Below are positions 36,210 to 46,877 of a stretch of DNA of 64,000 bases, in pieces (the stretch's first letter is position 1; every line of letters starts with the position of its first letter). Below the pieces are notes generated by a model, which had not been told where the DNA came from, made no database searches, and worked only from the letters and a program-made list of their open reading frames with translations. The stretch is from the sequence record NC_102531.1; one strand, written 5' to 3'. The stretch comes from a phage. Position numbers and translations under genes: made by a program.

Positions 36210-37028
36210 TTGAGCAAGAAAGAGTCCAACGACAAATATTACACAAACCCTGAGTATGCAGAATATCTTGTTGATAAAGTAAAAGATAAGTATGGGAATT
36301 GTGCATACGTTGAGCCTTCTGCTGGAAGGGGTTCTTTTTCAAAACTATTTTCAGAGATACTGTCGTACGATTTAGTACCAGATCCTGAATTTGAAGGACC
36401 AACACCATGCATTCAGGCAAACTTCTTGGAGGTGCATCCCAAGGCAGATGTCTTCATAGGTAACCCACCATTTGGCAAGAATTCATCCTTAGCTTGCAAA
36501 TTCTTTAACCATTGTGCATCATTGCTAGAGCTTGGAGGGGCTATAGCCTTCATCTTGCCACGGACATTTGAAAAAATATTTTTTGCAAACAAACTGGACA
36601 TGTCGATGCACCTTGTCTACAGTGAAAGGTGCCCTAAGAACTCGTTTTTACTTAATGGCAAACCTTATGACGTGCCATGTGTTTTCCAAATTTGGGAGAA
36701 AAAGGCGTGCAATAGGGATCCTGTAGAGATTGGAGAGAATAAGTTATTTTCTTTTAGCACACCAGATGACTACGACTTCTGTGTAAGACGTGTTGGGTAT
36801 AATGCTGGAAAAGTATTGGGGGAGGATGATCCAAAATCTGAAGAATCTACATATTTCATAAAATCTTTAGTTGACGGTGTTGACAGAGTGTTTGCTGAAT
36901 GCTATTCTTCTTTTCAAGAAGAAGCAGGTAAGACTGCTGGAATGAAGAGTATAGGCAAGAAAGAACTACAATACATTTTGGAGACCCGGTATGATCAAAA
37001 GCATAGACTTGACCAAAGAACTTACTGA
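36210..37028 (+). CDS. putative DNA methyltransferase (NPPF motif)
   Basis: FIGNPPFG catalytic motif and candidate SAM site EPSAGRGSF; likely TTG start at 36210 after GGAGG, because the track start lies inside the terminator hairpin. Confidence 0.5.
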   Translation: MSKKESNDKYYTNPEYAEYLVDKVKDKYGNCAYVEPSAGRGSFSKLFSEILSYDLVPDPEFEGPTPCIQANFLEVHPKADVFIGNPPFGKNSSLACKFFNHCASLLELGGAIAFILPRTFEKIFFANKLDMSMHLVYSERCPKNSFLLNGKPYDVPCVFQIWEKKACNRDPVEIGENKLFSFSTPDDYDFCVRRVGYNAGKVLGEDDPKSEESTYFIKSLVDGVDRVFAECYSSFQEEAGKTAGMKSIGKKELQYILETRYDQKHRLDQRTY

Positions 37029-37449
37029 TGCAAAAGCTTTTGGTGAGACAGCGGTACAAAGGGGGCAGGCGATGGGACTGGCACTACCTTTCGTCTTAAA
37101 AGAGCACTTTACAGATTTTCAACTTATCAAAGGTGATAAGGGAATTCTTATCCTGGAGCATAAGTTGAGTAAGAAACGCTATAAAGTCGTTTTTAATTCT
37201 AAAGCTCCAACAAAACTGGGATTCAGAACTTACAATCTTAACCCATCCTACACTAAGGGTGTTGGAAGGGTAGAACAACAGCATTTCAGTGCCAGAGCTT
37301 CTTTAGCTCCTTTGATGCTAAATTTCTCAGGGGTGGCTTTAGGATACCTTGATAAGAAAAGAGTTCTTCATGTTCGTTTCACAGACTTTGTAACGCTTTT
37401 AGCTAACAATGAGGTTGATGAAAAGGGACGTGTAAAAACAAACTTCTAA
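36991..37449 (+). CDS. hypothetical protein
   Basis: 152-aa ORF, GGAGAC RBS, overlaps the methyltransferase 3' end. Confidence 0.4.
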   Translation: MIKSIDLTKELTDAKAFGETAVQRGQAMGLALPFVLKEHFTDFQLIKGDKGILILEHKLSKKRYKVVFNSKAPTKLGFRTYNLNPSYTKGVGRVEQQHFSARASLAPLMLNFSGVALGYLDKKRVLHVRFTDFVTLLANNEVDEKGRVKTNF

Positions 37450-37476
37450 TAACGCATAGTATGATTGGAGACCGAA

Positions 37477-37668
37477 ATGACACTAGAGTTAACAATTCCA
37501 GACAGCTTTTCAGAAAACTTTATCCCAGAAATGATGAGTAAGATGCGATCATTGCTTGATCAGATTGAGGAAGCTGTTTGGGAAGACGATGCTGTAGTGG
37601 CTAACGAGCTGGTAGATAAGTGTAAAAGTATTATTGATGCAGTTGAAGAATACCACGGAGGTTTTTGA
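37477..37668 (+). CDS. small acidic protein
   Basis: 63 aa; GGAGA RBS. Confidence 0.4.
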   Translation: MTLELTIPDSFSENFIPEMMSKMRSLLDQIEEAVWEDDAVVANELVDKCKSIIDAVEEYHGGF

Positions 37669-38282
37669 TGGATATTATTGTTCTTAACGCCCCACCTAGC
37701 AGTGGCAAGGATCACATTGCAGATCTCTTGTTGGAAGCTATTCCTAACTCACACCACCGTGAGGTTAAGGAAATGCTCTTCAGTGTGGCAATTAAGGCAG
37801 CTGGTGTAACCCCTCAACTCTGGAATGCACTTTATGACCGCCACTACAAGGAAGAGCCTTGCCCTTTCTTAATGATAGACGGCAAGCATGTTTCTCCGCG
37901 AGAATGGATGATCCATTGTAGTGAAAATCTGATTAAACCTATCTTTGGTGAAGATGCTTTCGGTAAAGCCGCAGTCGCATCTTTGAAGAAAGATTTCCCT
38001 GAAGGTAAAGGGGTTGTTGTTTACTCCGATGGTGGATTCAAAGAGGAGCTGGCATGCCTTAGTGAGTACGCATACAGCACAGGTGGAGATCTGTTGTTGT
38101 TCCGTATTCACCGTGTAGGATATGACTGGGGAAATGATTCCAGAACCTATCTAAGTCTGGAAAAGAACGGAATAAAAGGGGTTGAGTTTGATGTTGTAAA
38201 CCCTGAAGGTGCACCTTGGGAATGTGCATCGGAGATTGTGTGCAAGTATATTGATGCTAAAGAGGCCCAAGCAGAATGTTAA
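37668..38282 (+). CDS. putative deoxynucleoside monophosphate kinase
   Basis: N-terminal P-loop-like NAPPSSGKD; resemblance to T4 gp1 N-terminus (recalled). Confidence 0.4.
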   Translation: MDIIVLNAPPSSGKDHIADLLLEAIPNSHHREVKEMLFSVAIKAAGVTPQLWNALYDRHYKEEPCPFLMIDGKHVSPREWMIHCSENLIKPIFGEDAFGKAAVASLKKDFPEGKGVVVYSDGGFKEELACLSEYAYSTGGDLLLFRIHRVGYDWGNDSRTYLSLEKNGIKGVEFDVVNPEGAPWECASEIVCKYIDAKEAQAEC

Positions 38283-38869
38283 TCGGAATTGATGTAGATT
38301 TGACACTGGTAGATTCAGGAACAGCATGGTGGGAGTGGTTGGAGCGTTTGTATGGTCCAGCCAGTAAGACAGTCGCTAAACCTTCTAACGGGCTGATGTA
38401 TTACGATCTGTCAAAGTATTGGCCTGATCGCCCAAAAGAAAACATCATAGGGCCTTTTGATTTTTGGAGTGACCCGTTCCTCTACGACTTTCTTAAGCCT
38501 GAAGGGGGGGCTATTGAGGTTATGAAAGATTTGGTGGCTCGTGGTCACAAGCTTGCATTTATCTCGGTATGCAAGAAAGGTCACCTTGCATCTAAATCAA
38601 GGTTCTTAAAGCGTTGGACCAGTGATTTTATGGATCTGGACGATCACACCCAGGGCCACGGCTTCTACGCCACACATTTCAAAGGAAATGTGGCTGTAGA
38701 TGTTATAATTGACGACAGGCATGAATACCTGAACCAATTCGCTTCACGACCTGAAGTTATTAAAATCCTAAAAGATACGCCTTATGAGCAATTCGAGGAG
38801 TTAAAGGTCAGTGTTGACTATACCGCTAATAGCTGGTATAAAATAGGAAAGTTTTTAGAAGGTATTTGA
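38276..38869 (+). CDS. HAD-superfamily phosphatase-like protein (possible nucleotidase)
   Basis: N-terminal IGIDVDLTL fits HAD motif I DxDxT. Confidence 0.35.
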   Translation: MLIGIDVDLTLVDSGTAWWEWLERLYGPASKTVAKPSNGLMYYDLSKYWPDRPKENIIGPFDFWSDPFLYDFLKPEGGAIEVMKDLVARGHKLAFISVCKKGHLASKSRFLKRWTSDFMDLDDHTQGHGFYATHFKGNVAVDVIIDDRHEYLNQFASRPEVIKILKDTPYEQFEELKVSVDYTANSWYKIGKFLEGI

Positions 38870-38870
38870 A

Positions 38871-39071
38871 ATGGGTAGATGTTCTAAAGGTGGCGATCCT
38901 GTAGTCAGATATGGAGACTGGCTAGAGGTATATAATCTGGAGGGGAAGCTGGTGTATGCTTCCAGGATCACCCAGGATATGTGCTCTGATATGTTTAACA
39001 GGTACCTTGCATTTAAGGCCAACATAAACCCAGACGAAATTTCCAAAATTAAAACAAGGAGAGCTAAATAA
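38871..39071 (+). CDS. hypothetical small protein
   Basis: 66-aa ORF. Confidence 0.4.
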   Translation: MGRCSKGGDPVVRYGDWLEVYNLEGKLVYASRITQDMCSDMFNRYLAFKANINPDEISKIKTRRAK

Positions 39072-40054
39072 TGCTAAAACTGTGCACTGCAAAGATTATT
39101 GCTGACAGCATTTCCGAGAAAGGTAAGCGTATAACCACTTTTGAGCTAGAGTATCCTAGAATCATTCACTCTGAACTCATGACACACCGAGTTTTCAGCA
39201 GAAACGCCATGTCCTCTCGTGCAGTACCTGTTAACAAAATGCTGCAGCAGGTTGTGGAAAATCCTGCAATGCCAGTTCGTTTTGGTGTAAACCAGCGAGG
39301 TATGGAGGATGGTGGCGATCACGATCAGAAGATCCGTGTCGAGTATACTGATCTTGAGTTCTCTCCTGAAGAGTTCTGGAAAGAAGCTGCCAAAAATGCA
39401 GCCTGGCATGCTGAGAAGTTTGCTCTTGCTGGATACCATAAGCAGGTGTGTAACCGCTTAGTAGAGCCGTTTCAGCGCATGAAAACAGTTGTAACAAGCA
39501 CCGAGTGGAATAATTTTTTCCACCTCCGTTGCTGGCACGATGCGGATCCTACGATTCAGATGTTGGCTAATTGTATGTGGGAGGCTATGGCTAATAGCAC
39601 TCCTGAAATCCTTAAACCCGGTCAATGGCACACCCCATATGTAGAGCACATTTATTTGGACGGTGAGTTTAACTATGCTGTACGGGATGCAGAAGGAAAG
39701 CTCTGCGTTCTCAATACTGAAGAAGCTCTGTCTATTAGTGCAAGCTGTTGTGCACAAGTATCTTATCGCAATATTGACAGCACGTTTGAAAAGGCAGACA
39801 ATGTGGCTAAAAAATTGATTGGTGGGGATCGTATTCATGCAAGCCCTTACGAGCACCAGGCAACACCTATGGATCACGATAATGCAATGGAACGTTTAAA
39901 CTACTATCTGTCTTCATGTGAAATCACACAAGACAGTTGTGTTTGGCAGGAAGGTGTAACCCATCAAGACCGTGATGGTAAATTCTGGTCTGCCAACTTT
40001 TGTGGGTGGGTTCAGCACAGACAACTGCTTAATAACCACTTCATGAAAGGTTAA
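39071..40054 (+). CDS. thyX: flavin-dependent thymidylate synthase
   Basis: ELMTHRVFSRNAMSSRA fits the ThyX RHR-x7-S signature region; embedded in a nucleotide-metabolism block. Confidence 0.6.
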   Translation: MLKLCTAKIIADSISEKGKRITTFELEYPRIIHSELMTHRVFSRNAMSSRAVPVNKMLQQVVENPAMPVRFGVNQRGMEDGGDHDQKIRVEYTDLEFSPEEFWKEAAKNAAWHAEKFALAGYHKQVCNRLVEPFQRMKTVVTSTEWNNFFHLRCWHDADPTIQMLANCMWEAMANSTPEILKPGQWHTPYVEHIYLDGEFNYAVRDAEGKLCVLNTEEALSISASCCAQVSYRNIDSTFEKADNVAKKLIGGDRIHASPYEHQATPMDHDNAMERLNYYLSSCEITQDSCVWQEGVTHQDRDGKFWSANFCGWVQHRQLLNNHFMKG

Positions 40055-40080
40055 TCCTATCACAGTGATAGGTAACTTTT
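40054..40080 (+). terminator. hairpin plus T-tract
   Basis: CCTATCAC-a-GTGATAGG followed by TAACTTTT. Confidence 0.35.
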
Positions 40081-40083
40081 GTG

Positions 40084-40112
40084 TTGACTAATAGTATCAG
40101 ATAATCTATAAT
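40084..40112 (+). promoter_or_regulatory. consensus sigma70-like promoter
   Basis: TTGACT - 17 nt - TATAAT. Confidence 0.65.
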
Positions 40113-40140
40113 AATGGCTCACTTTGTTGGTGAGCCAGAA

Positions 40141-40614
40141 ATGGAGACAGATATGAGTAATGTTATGATTCCTAAAAAGACATTTATTTCAGTTACTTTA
40201 GATTTCCTAGCTACCGTCCCTGGGTTTAACGTTCGCACACGAAACGGTCTCCGAGCTGCACTCTTCGCCGTAGGGTTTGATTTAAAAAATATTGATGTTC
40301 TTCGTGGAAAAAACGTTCGATGCAAAAATAAGCCAACCCATTATCGAAAGGCAGATGTATTTGCTGGTGTCATGCGTGCAGACTTTAGATACCCACAAAT
40401 GTATAACGGTGTAGATATTTTAGATGTAGATAAAGCACCTGGTGAGGCAATGCTTGTTCAAGATCTCCCGTATGATATCCCCGTAGAGGATCGTGTTAAT
40501 GTAAGAAAGTATACAAAACAATCTGAAAAGGCTGAAGATATTCATATTGTTGATGAACCTTTCAATTTTGAAGATCTGCATCGCCTGGAAAAATTATTCG
40601 GTATTGAAAGCTAA
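40141..40614 (+). CDS. hypothetical protein
   Basis: The track start 40114 sits about 2 nt after the -10 element, so a downstream ATG (40141 or 40153) is more likely. Confidence 0.45.
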   Translation: METDMSNVMIPKKTFISVTLDFLATVPGFNVRTRNGLRAALFAVGFDLKNIDVLRGKNVRCKNKPTHYRKADVFAGVMRADFRYPQMYNGVDILDVDKAPGEAMLVQDLPYDIPVEDRVNVRKYTKQSEKAEDIHIVDEPFNFEDLHRLEKLFGIES

Positions 40615-40624
40615 GGTGGTGAAG

Positions 40625-40855
40625 ATGAGTCATAACTCCAAGTGGAAGGATCTTGGTTTTGCAAGTCGGGCAGAATATGTTGGTTGGCTTTGGTTCAACG
40701 GCCTGACAAACGATATTAAAATGTATGATGATGTTTATTATGACGAGTATACAGGTAAGATTATAAATATCTCTGTAGAAGAGGATACCTTTATCCAGCA
40801 AGATACTGATACCTGCCTTGATAAATACGTTAATGAAGTGGAGGAAGCAAATTGA
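40625..40855 (+). CDS. hypothetical small protein
   Basis: GGTGG RBS, ATG 40625. Confidence 0.4.
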   Translation: MSHNSKWKDLGFASRAEYVGWLWFNGLTNDIKMYDDVYYDEYTGKIINISVEEDTFIQQDTDTCLDKYVNEVEEAN

Positions 40856-43167
40856 TCACCAAGGTAATTAAAAGCAACGGATGTGAAGTGGCATTCGATC
40901 CAGAACGTTTAAATAAGGCAGCTATTTTCGGTGACGACGGTAACGGCAATTGGTCACATATTGCACTGGATGCATACAAACGACTGTATGATGGATGTAC
41001 AACCAAAGAAGTTAACCAAGCTATTATAGACTCCTGTGTTAGCCGTAAAGACGAAGCACATTCCCGTATGGCTGGTCGTGTTCTTATTGGTCAGATTTAT
41101 AAAGAGGCTTTTGGAGGGTTTACAAAGATCCCTTCCTTACCATCATTTTACAACGACATGGTTGAGAAAGGGTATTGGGAGGATATGGGTTACAGCTTTA
41201 CCGAGTTAAACACTTTAGGCACTGTTATTGATCACAGTAAAGATCTCGGTTATGGCTATGCAGTCCTTAAACAGTTTCGCGACAAATACGGGATCAAGGA
41301 TACTCTTAAAGACACCTTGTTTGAATCTCCCCAGATGATGTTTATGGGGATAGCAATGGCTGTCATGAAGAATATGCCGAAAGAACGTCGTATCAACGAT
41401 GTTGTAAAATTATACACTTATCTGTCCGACTTAAAGATCAATGCCCCGACACCGTACTTAAACGGGCTGCGCACAGGTAAGACAGGATATGCATCTTGTT
41501 GTGTAATAAAAGCTGACGATACAGCAAAATCTATTGGTGTGGCACGTGAAGTTGCGTACACAATGACGGTTAACCAAGCAGGCATCGGCTACTACTTATC
41601 CTCAAGATCTGCAGGCGATGGTGTTCGTGGTAACACTATTAAACATATGGGTAAGATTCCATATTATCGAGGTATTGATGCTGGTGTTAAGGAGAACAGA
41701 CAACAATCACGTGGCGGTTCTGCAACAGTATCATTCCTTGCACTGGACCCGCAGATTGATGAGCTAATCCGTTTGAGAAACCCTATGACTGTTGCTTCAA
41801 AAAGAATCAACACCATGGACTACTCCATCGGTATTAATAGGTCGTTTATCAACCGTGTGGCTAAGAATTTGGATTGGATGCTTGTTTCTTATAAGCACGC
41901 ACCTCAACTGCATGAGGGTATCTTCACCATGTCTATGGAGGAGTTTGATGCAGAGGTTGATCGTATTGCTAAAGATGACAGTATTCCTAAAACATGGATC
42001 CGAGCCAGAGATCTTGCTGTTGAACTGATCACGCAGCGTACTGAGGTGGGAAGGCTGTATGTATACTGGACAGATGAGATGAATAGGCATACACCTTTTA
42101 AAGATGTGATCTATTCAAGCAACCTGTGTGCAGAAATAGCCCTCCCGACAAAAGGCTATTCAGACATGCGTAATATCTTCAAGTACGATGTTGATGATGG
42201 TGAGGTTGCATTGTGCTTCCTGTCATCTCTTGTAGCTGGAAGGGTTACCCCAGAGGAGTATGAGGATGTTGCATACTACACGGTGCTTATGATTGACAAT
42301 GTTATGGAAATCATGACATATCCGTATGAAAATATGGAGAGCACTGTTAAAAAACGCAGATCCATCGGGGTTGGCCTTACCAATGTTGCACATTTTATTG
42401 CCAGCCACAAGGTTACTTACGGATCTCCTGAAAGTAAACAGCTTGTTCACGATCTTGCAGAACTTCACAGCTACAGCTTGCATAAGGCAAGTTTACGGTT
42501 GGCAAAAGAGCGTGGTGTCTGCGAGTGGATGTATAAAACAAAATATCCAGAAGGCTGGTTACCAATCGACACTTATAACAAAGAGGTCGATAGTGTGGTG
42601 AAAGATCCTTCTCTTAAACAGGATTGGGAAGGGTTACGTAAAGAAATCATTGAAAATGGTGGGCTACGTAATAGCGTTCTTGAAGCATATATGCCTAATG
42701 AAAGCTCTTCGCTGGCAACAAACACCACTAACGGGGTTTATCCTGTCCGTGAGCACATTATCTTTAAAAAGTCGCCACAAGGGCAGGTGCTGTTTATCGT
42801 TCCTGACTATGATGAGTTGAAAGAGTATTACACTTCGGCTTGGGACGTTGATACTAACGACATGATCGATATGTATGCTGTGATTCAAAAATTCACAGGT
42901 CAGGCAATCAGCGCGGATTTATACATAGACTACACCAAGTTGAAAGATGGTAAAATTTCAATGAAGGAGCAGCTAGGGTACCTTATCCGTGCCACTAAAT
43001 TCGGGATGAAGACATGGTATTATTTAAACTCTAGGGTTGGTGCTGGTGACTCCTTGGCAGAGGAACTTCATGCCAAGAAACAGGCTGAAGATGAAACCAG
43101 AAAGAACTATCCTTTGATTGCAGATAGTTCAGTTGAAGATCCGTATTGCGAAAGTTGTGCACTATAA
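40852..43167 (+). CDS. nrdA: ribonucleotide reductase class I alpha subunit
   Basis: 771 aa; N-terminal ATP-cone-like VIKSNGCEVAFDPERLNK; followed by nrdB and a glutaredoxin. Confidence 0.8.
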   Translation: MITKVIKSNGCEVAFDPERLNKAAIFGDDGNGNWSHIALDAYKRLYDGCTTKEVNQAIIDSCVSRKDEAHSRMAGRVLIGQIYKEAFGGFTKIPSLPSFYNDMVEKGYWEDMGYSFTELNTLGTVIDHSKDLGYGYAVLKQFRDKYGIKDTLKDTLFESPQMMFMGIAMAVMKNMPKERRINDVVKLYTYLSDLKINAPTPYLNGLRTGKTGYASCCVIKADDTAKSIGVAREVAYTMTVNQAGIGYYLSSRSAGDGVRGNTIKHMGKIPYYRGIDAGVKENRQQSRGGSATVSFLALDPQIDELIRLRNPMTVASKRINTMDYSIGINRSFINRVAKNLDWMLVSYKHAPQLHEGIFTMSMEEFDAEVDRIAKDDSIPKTWIRARDLAVELITQRTEVGRLYVYWTDEMNRHTPFKDVIYSSNLCAEIALPTKGYSDMRNIFKYDVDDGEVALCFLSSLVAGRVTPEEYEDVAYYTVLMIDNVMEIMTYPYENMESTVKKRRSIGVGLTNVAHFIASHKVTYGSPESKQLVHDLAELHSYSLHKASLRLAKERGVCEWMYKTKYPEGWLPIDTYNKEVDSVVKDPSLKQDWEGLRKEIIENGGLRNSVLEAYMPNESSSLATNTTNGVYPVREHIIFKKSPQGQVLFIVPDYDELKEYYTSAWDVDTNDMIDMYAVIQKFTGQAISADLYIDYTKLKDGKISMKEQLGYLIRATKFGMKTWYYLNSRVGAGDSLAEELHAKKQAEDETRKNYPLIADSSVEDPYCESCAL

Positions 43168-43171
43168 TTTT

Positions 43172-43195
43172 AAAGGGGCTTCGGCCCCATTTTAG
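43172..43195 (+). promoter_or_regulatory. intercistronic hairpin between nrdA and nrdB
   Basis: GGGGC-ttcg-GCCCC followed by ATTTTAG. Confidence 0.35.
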
Positions 43196-43206
43196 AGGTT
43201 AGAATA

Positions 43207-44295
43207 ATGGCTGTATTTAATGCTGAGAACACCGCTCATAAAACTGGTGACTATCCGCTGTTTCTGGGACAGCAAATGGGTATGTACGACTCTATCAACA
43301 AAAAATATCCACAACTGTTTGAACTGTACAAAAAACAAAAAGAACAAGATTGGGCAGAGGATGAAGTGGATTTGTCGCAATCTATTTCAGATTTTGTAAC
43401 ATGCTCAAAGTCAACTTATGACGTGATGGTGCAGACCTTGATGTGGCAATGGGAGGCTGATAGCGTTGCGGCAAGATCGATCATCTGCCTCTTTTCACCA
43501 TTCATCACTAATAGTGAGCTTTTCACTCTATTGATGAAACAGTCAGAGATTGAAGTTCTTCACGCACTAACCTACTCAGAGATTGTTAGACAATGCCTCC
43601 CTAATGCTCGTGAGATCATAGAAGAGATTCAGGAAAACCAAAACGTTCTGAGCAGATCCGGCGTTATTGTCAAATACATGCAGGAACTCGAGGTTATTGG
43701 TGCAAAATACCGACTGGATCCTTCTAGTGTTGAAGAAGATATTGTGCGGAAATGCATTCTTAGGGCGCTTTTTGCACTTTTAGCTCTGGAAAGTATTGAG
43801 TTTATTGCAAGTTTTGCATGCACTTTCGCAGTAGCTGAACAGGGTATTTTTGTTCAGGTGGCGCAGCTTGTTCAAAAAATCATGCTTGACGAAATGCTGC
43901 ATTCGAAAGGTGATTTTGCCATCATTGATATCCTGCTTAATGATCCCGCATGGGAGAAAAGCTTCCTTGAGATAAAGGGAGAGTTAAAAGAGATTCTTGA
44001 TGAAGTACGAACCAAGGAGTACGGTTGGAGCGACTATATTTTCAGCGAAGGAAGAGCGATTATAGGTCTTAATTCACCATTGCTTAAAGAATGGGTTGAC
44101 TATAACTGTTCACCGATTTATGATTACTACGACATCGACAAAGACTTTGTGCCGCCAACAAAGGACCCGCTACCGTTTATGCAGGTGTGGATGAAACCTT
44201 CATTGCAACAGACGGCGAACCAAGAAATGTCGAACACTGACTACCGCGTCAACACAACTGTTAACGACGCTGAAGAAGAAATTTGGGAGTTTTAA
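43207..44295 (+). CDS. nrdB: ribonucleotide reductase class I beta subunit
   Basis: 362 aa immediately downstream of nrdA; His/Glu-containing helices; size and synteny. Confidence 0.7.
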   Translation: MAVFNAENTAHKTGDYPLFLGQQMGMYDSINKKYPQLFELYKKQKEQDWAEDEVDLSQSISDFVTCSKSTYDVMVQTLMWQWEADSVAARSIICLFSPFITNSELFTLLMKQSEIEVLHALTYSEIVRQCLPNAREIIEEIQENQNVLSRSGVIVKYMQELEVIGAKYRLDPSSVEEDIVRKCILRALFALLALESIEFIASFACTFAVAEQGIFVQVAQLVQKIMLDEMLHSKGDFAIIDILLNDPAWEKSFLEIKGELKEILDEVRTKEYGWSDYIFSEGRAIIGLNSPLLKEWVDYNCSPIYDYYDIDKDFVPPTKDPLPFMQVWMKPSLQQTANQEMSNTDYRVNTTVNDAEEEIWEF

Positions 44296-44298
44296 TAT

Positions 44299-44577
44299 AT
44301 GAGCTGTGAAAAATCTTTTTTCTTTATTATTTACGGTAAAGATAACTGCCCACATTGTGTAAGAGCAAAAGAATTTGCAGTCAGTAAAGGTCTGCCTTTT
44401 GTATATAAGACACTTGGCGAGGGTTACACAAAAGAAGAGCTTATTGAGAAGTGTAGTCCAATCGTGCCCAGAACGTTGCCGCAGATCTTCTTAGAAAGCA
44501 ATCTTGAAAGTGTCCATATAGGCGGTGCCGACGATTTCATCTCTTTTGTTAAGAATGGTTTTGGAGAGAAAAAGTGA
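44299..44577 (+). CDS. glutaredoxin / NrdH-like redoxin
   Basis: 92 aa with CPHC active-site motif near the N-terminus. Confidence 0.6.
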   Translation: MSCEKSFFFIIYGKDNCPHCVRAKEFAVSKGLPFVYKTLGEGYTKEELIEKCSPIVPRTLPQIFLESNLESVHIGGADDFISFVKNGFGEKK

Positions 44578-46697
44578 AAGTTGTAAAACGGGACGGTAGA
44601 GAAGAGTTCTATAACGGAATTAAGGTGATCAAGGCGGCAGAGTCCGCCTTACTTGAGTCTGGACATACTGAAGAAGAGGCTTACCGGATCGCCTGTGCGG
44701 TTAATGAAGTTGTTGCTAACAATCTACCAACCGACCAGTGCACGATCTCTGTAAAAAATATCCATATCCTTGTTGAAGACGCTCTTATGGATATGGGTTT
44801 AAAATGTGCAGCCAGAGAATACATCCAGTATAGACAGACAAGAGATAATAACAGAGAGGCAGGTGGAAAACTGCTTGCAGATATTAGTGGCTTCTTGGAT
44901 CGCACTTGTGATGAATTTACAAAAGAAAACGCAAATAAGCCCACCAATCATGTACACACTCATCGTGACCTGCTTGCAGGCATCCTTAGCAAACACCTTG
45001 CATCAACACAGATCCTGCCAGACCGTGTCTCAGAAGAGCACAATAAAGGCTTCATCCATGTGCATGATCTTGACTACCTGATTAGTCCGTTAACAAACTG
45101 TTGTTTGGTAAATTATCCAGATATGTTGGAAAACGGATTCAACATTGGTAACGCCCATGTCAGTAAGCCGAAGTCAATAGGGGTTGCAACAACAATCCTT
45201 AGCCAAATCTCTAGTGCAGTAGCTAGTGCTCAATATGGTGGTCAGACTATGAGCCATATTGATCATTATCTGGCACAGTATGCTGAGGCGACTTATGAGA
45301 AGAACCTTAAATTTTGCCAGGAACATTGGTTGCCAGATGCTGAGACTGTTGCAATGCAAATGACAGATAAAGACGTATTTGACAGCATGCAGACTTTGCT
45401 CTATCAAATCAATACGTTAACTTCTGTCAACGGGCAAACTCCATTTATCACATTAAGTTTAGGGCTGGATACCTCGGTCTTTGGTAGAATGATTACCAAA
45501 AACTACTTGAAAGTCCACAAAATGGGTCTTGGTGAAGAACGTATCACACCTGTGTTCCCTAAAGTGCTGTTCTTCCTGGAAGAGGGTGTCAACATGAACC
45601 CTGGGGATCCTAACTATGATTTGAAACGATTAGCTCTGGAGTGCTGTGCAGAACGTATCTACCCTGACTTCGTATCTGTACCACTAAATAGAAAAGTGAC
45701 AGGCTCGACAGATGGCAAAGTAACGAGCATGGGTTGCCGGAGTTTTCTTAGCAAATACAACGACTTGGAAACAGGTGAGGAGAAATACCTAGGCAGATTC
45801 AACTTGGGTGTTGTTAGTCTTAACCTGCCAATGATTGCGGCAAAAGCTAAGACGGAAGGTGTTGATTTCTTTGCCGTTATTGACGAGTATCTGGATTTGG
45901 CATATGAAGCTCACCTTGTAAGGGTTAACCGTCTGAAAGGCACTAAGGCAGGGCAGAACCCTATCATGTGGTGTGAAGGCGCTCTTGCTCGCCTGGATCC
46001 TGAAGAGAGTATTGATAAACTCTTCTATGACGGGTACGCTTCCATCAGTATTGGGTATATTGGTGTGTATGAAACCTGTCAGATTTTGGGTAGAGAGGGT
46101 GACAAGGCTTTAGCTCTTGGAATCCTTCAGCACATGAGAGATGCTTGTGAGCGATACAAGAAGGAAAGTAGACTAGCGTTTAGCTTGTACGGCACTCCTT
46201 CTGAGAGTCTATGCTATAAAGCTGCAACCTGTCTGGATCGTGAATATCCGGAAGTGTTGAAGCACGAGCATGAATATCTCACCAACAGTTTCCATCAGCC
46301 AGTATGGATAAATAGCTCTCCTTTTGATAAGTGGAAGTATGAGGAAGGTTTTGCTATGATCTCCTCTGGTGGCAACATCGGATACGTAGAGACACCTAAC
46401 CTGAAAAACAACTTGGATGCTTTAGAGGCTCTTGTTGACTTCGGGTATAAACACATTATGTATTTTGGTATTAATCAACCTGTGGATAAATGTCTCAAGT
46501 GTGGTTTCTCTGGTGAGTTCAGTGCAACAGCTAAAGGGTTCTGCTGCCCTGCGTGCGGATGCCACGATGAACAATATATCTCAGTGATCCGAAGAGTGTC
46601 TGGATACCTTTCCAGTCCTAACTCCCGTCCTTACAATAAAGGTAAGCAAGCGGAAGTTATCGAGCGAGTTAAGCACTATGGAAGTTGTAGTTGCTGA
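44574..46697 (+). CDS. nrdD: anaerobic ribonucleotide reductase class III
   Basis: 707 aa; N-terminal ATP cone; C-terminal zinc ribbon CLKCGF...CCPACGC and glycyl-radical motif RRVSGYL. Confidence 0.8.
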   Translation: MKVVKRDGREEFYNGIKVIKAAESALLESGHTEEEAYRIACAVNEVVANNLPTDQCTISVKNIHILVEDALMDMGLKCAAREYIQYRQTRDNNREAGGKLLADISGFLDRTCDEFTKENANKPTNHVHTHRDLLAGILSKHLASTQILPDRVSEEHNKGFIHVHDLDYLISPLTNCCLVNYPDMLENGFNIGNAHVSKPKSIGVATTILSQISSAVASAQYGGQTMSHIDHYLAQYAEATYEKNLKFCQEHWLPDAETVAMQMTDKDVFDSMQTLLYQINTLTSVNGQTPFITLSLGLDTSVFGRMITKNYLKVHKMGLGEERITPVFPKVLFFLEEGVNMNPGDPNYDLKRLALECCAERIYPDFVSVPLNRKVTGSTDGKVTSMGCRSFLSKYNDLETGEEKYLGRFNLGVVSLNLPMIAAKAKTEGVDFFAVIDEYLDLAYEAHLVRVNRLKGTKAGQNPIMWCEGALARLDPEESIDKLFYDGYASISIGYIGVYETCQILGREGDKALALGILQHMRDACERYKKESRLAFSLYGTPSESLCYKAATCLDREYPEVLKHEHEYLTNSFHQPVWINSSPFDKWKYEEGFAMISSGGNIGYVETPNLKNNLDALEALVDFGYKHIMYFGINQPVDKCLKCGFSGEFSATAKGFCCPACGCHDEQYISVIRRVSGYLSSPNSRPYNKGKQAEVIERVKHYGSCSC

Positions 46698-46760
46698 TAC
46701 TTGACAAAAGCCACAAGGATGTGGCATATTATTGACACACCGTGAGTTAGGAGGTGCAGT

Positions 46761-46877
46761 ATGTCATCAGGTATTTATAAAATTTGCAAGTGCGGCTGTA
46801 GTTGCAATCTTCGTTGGTGCAAGGCACTAGACGATTTTATTTGGCATTGCCCTAAATGTGATGCGGAGTATCTATGA
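46761..46877 (+). CDS. small cysteine-rich protein (38 aa)
   Basis: GGAGGTG RBS; MSSGIYKICKCGCSCNLRWCKALDDFIWHCPKCDAEYL; ATGA overlap with nrdG start. Confidence 0.45.
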   Translation: MSSGIYKICKCGCSCNLRWCKALDDFIWHCPKCDAEYL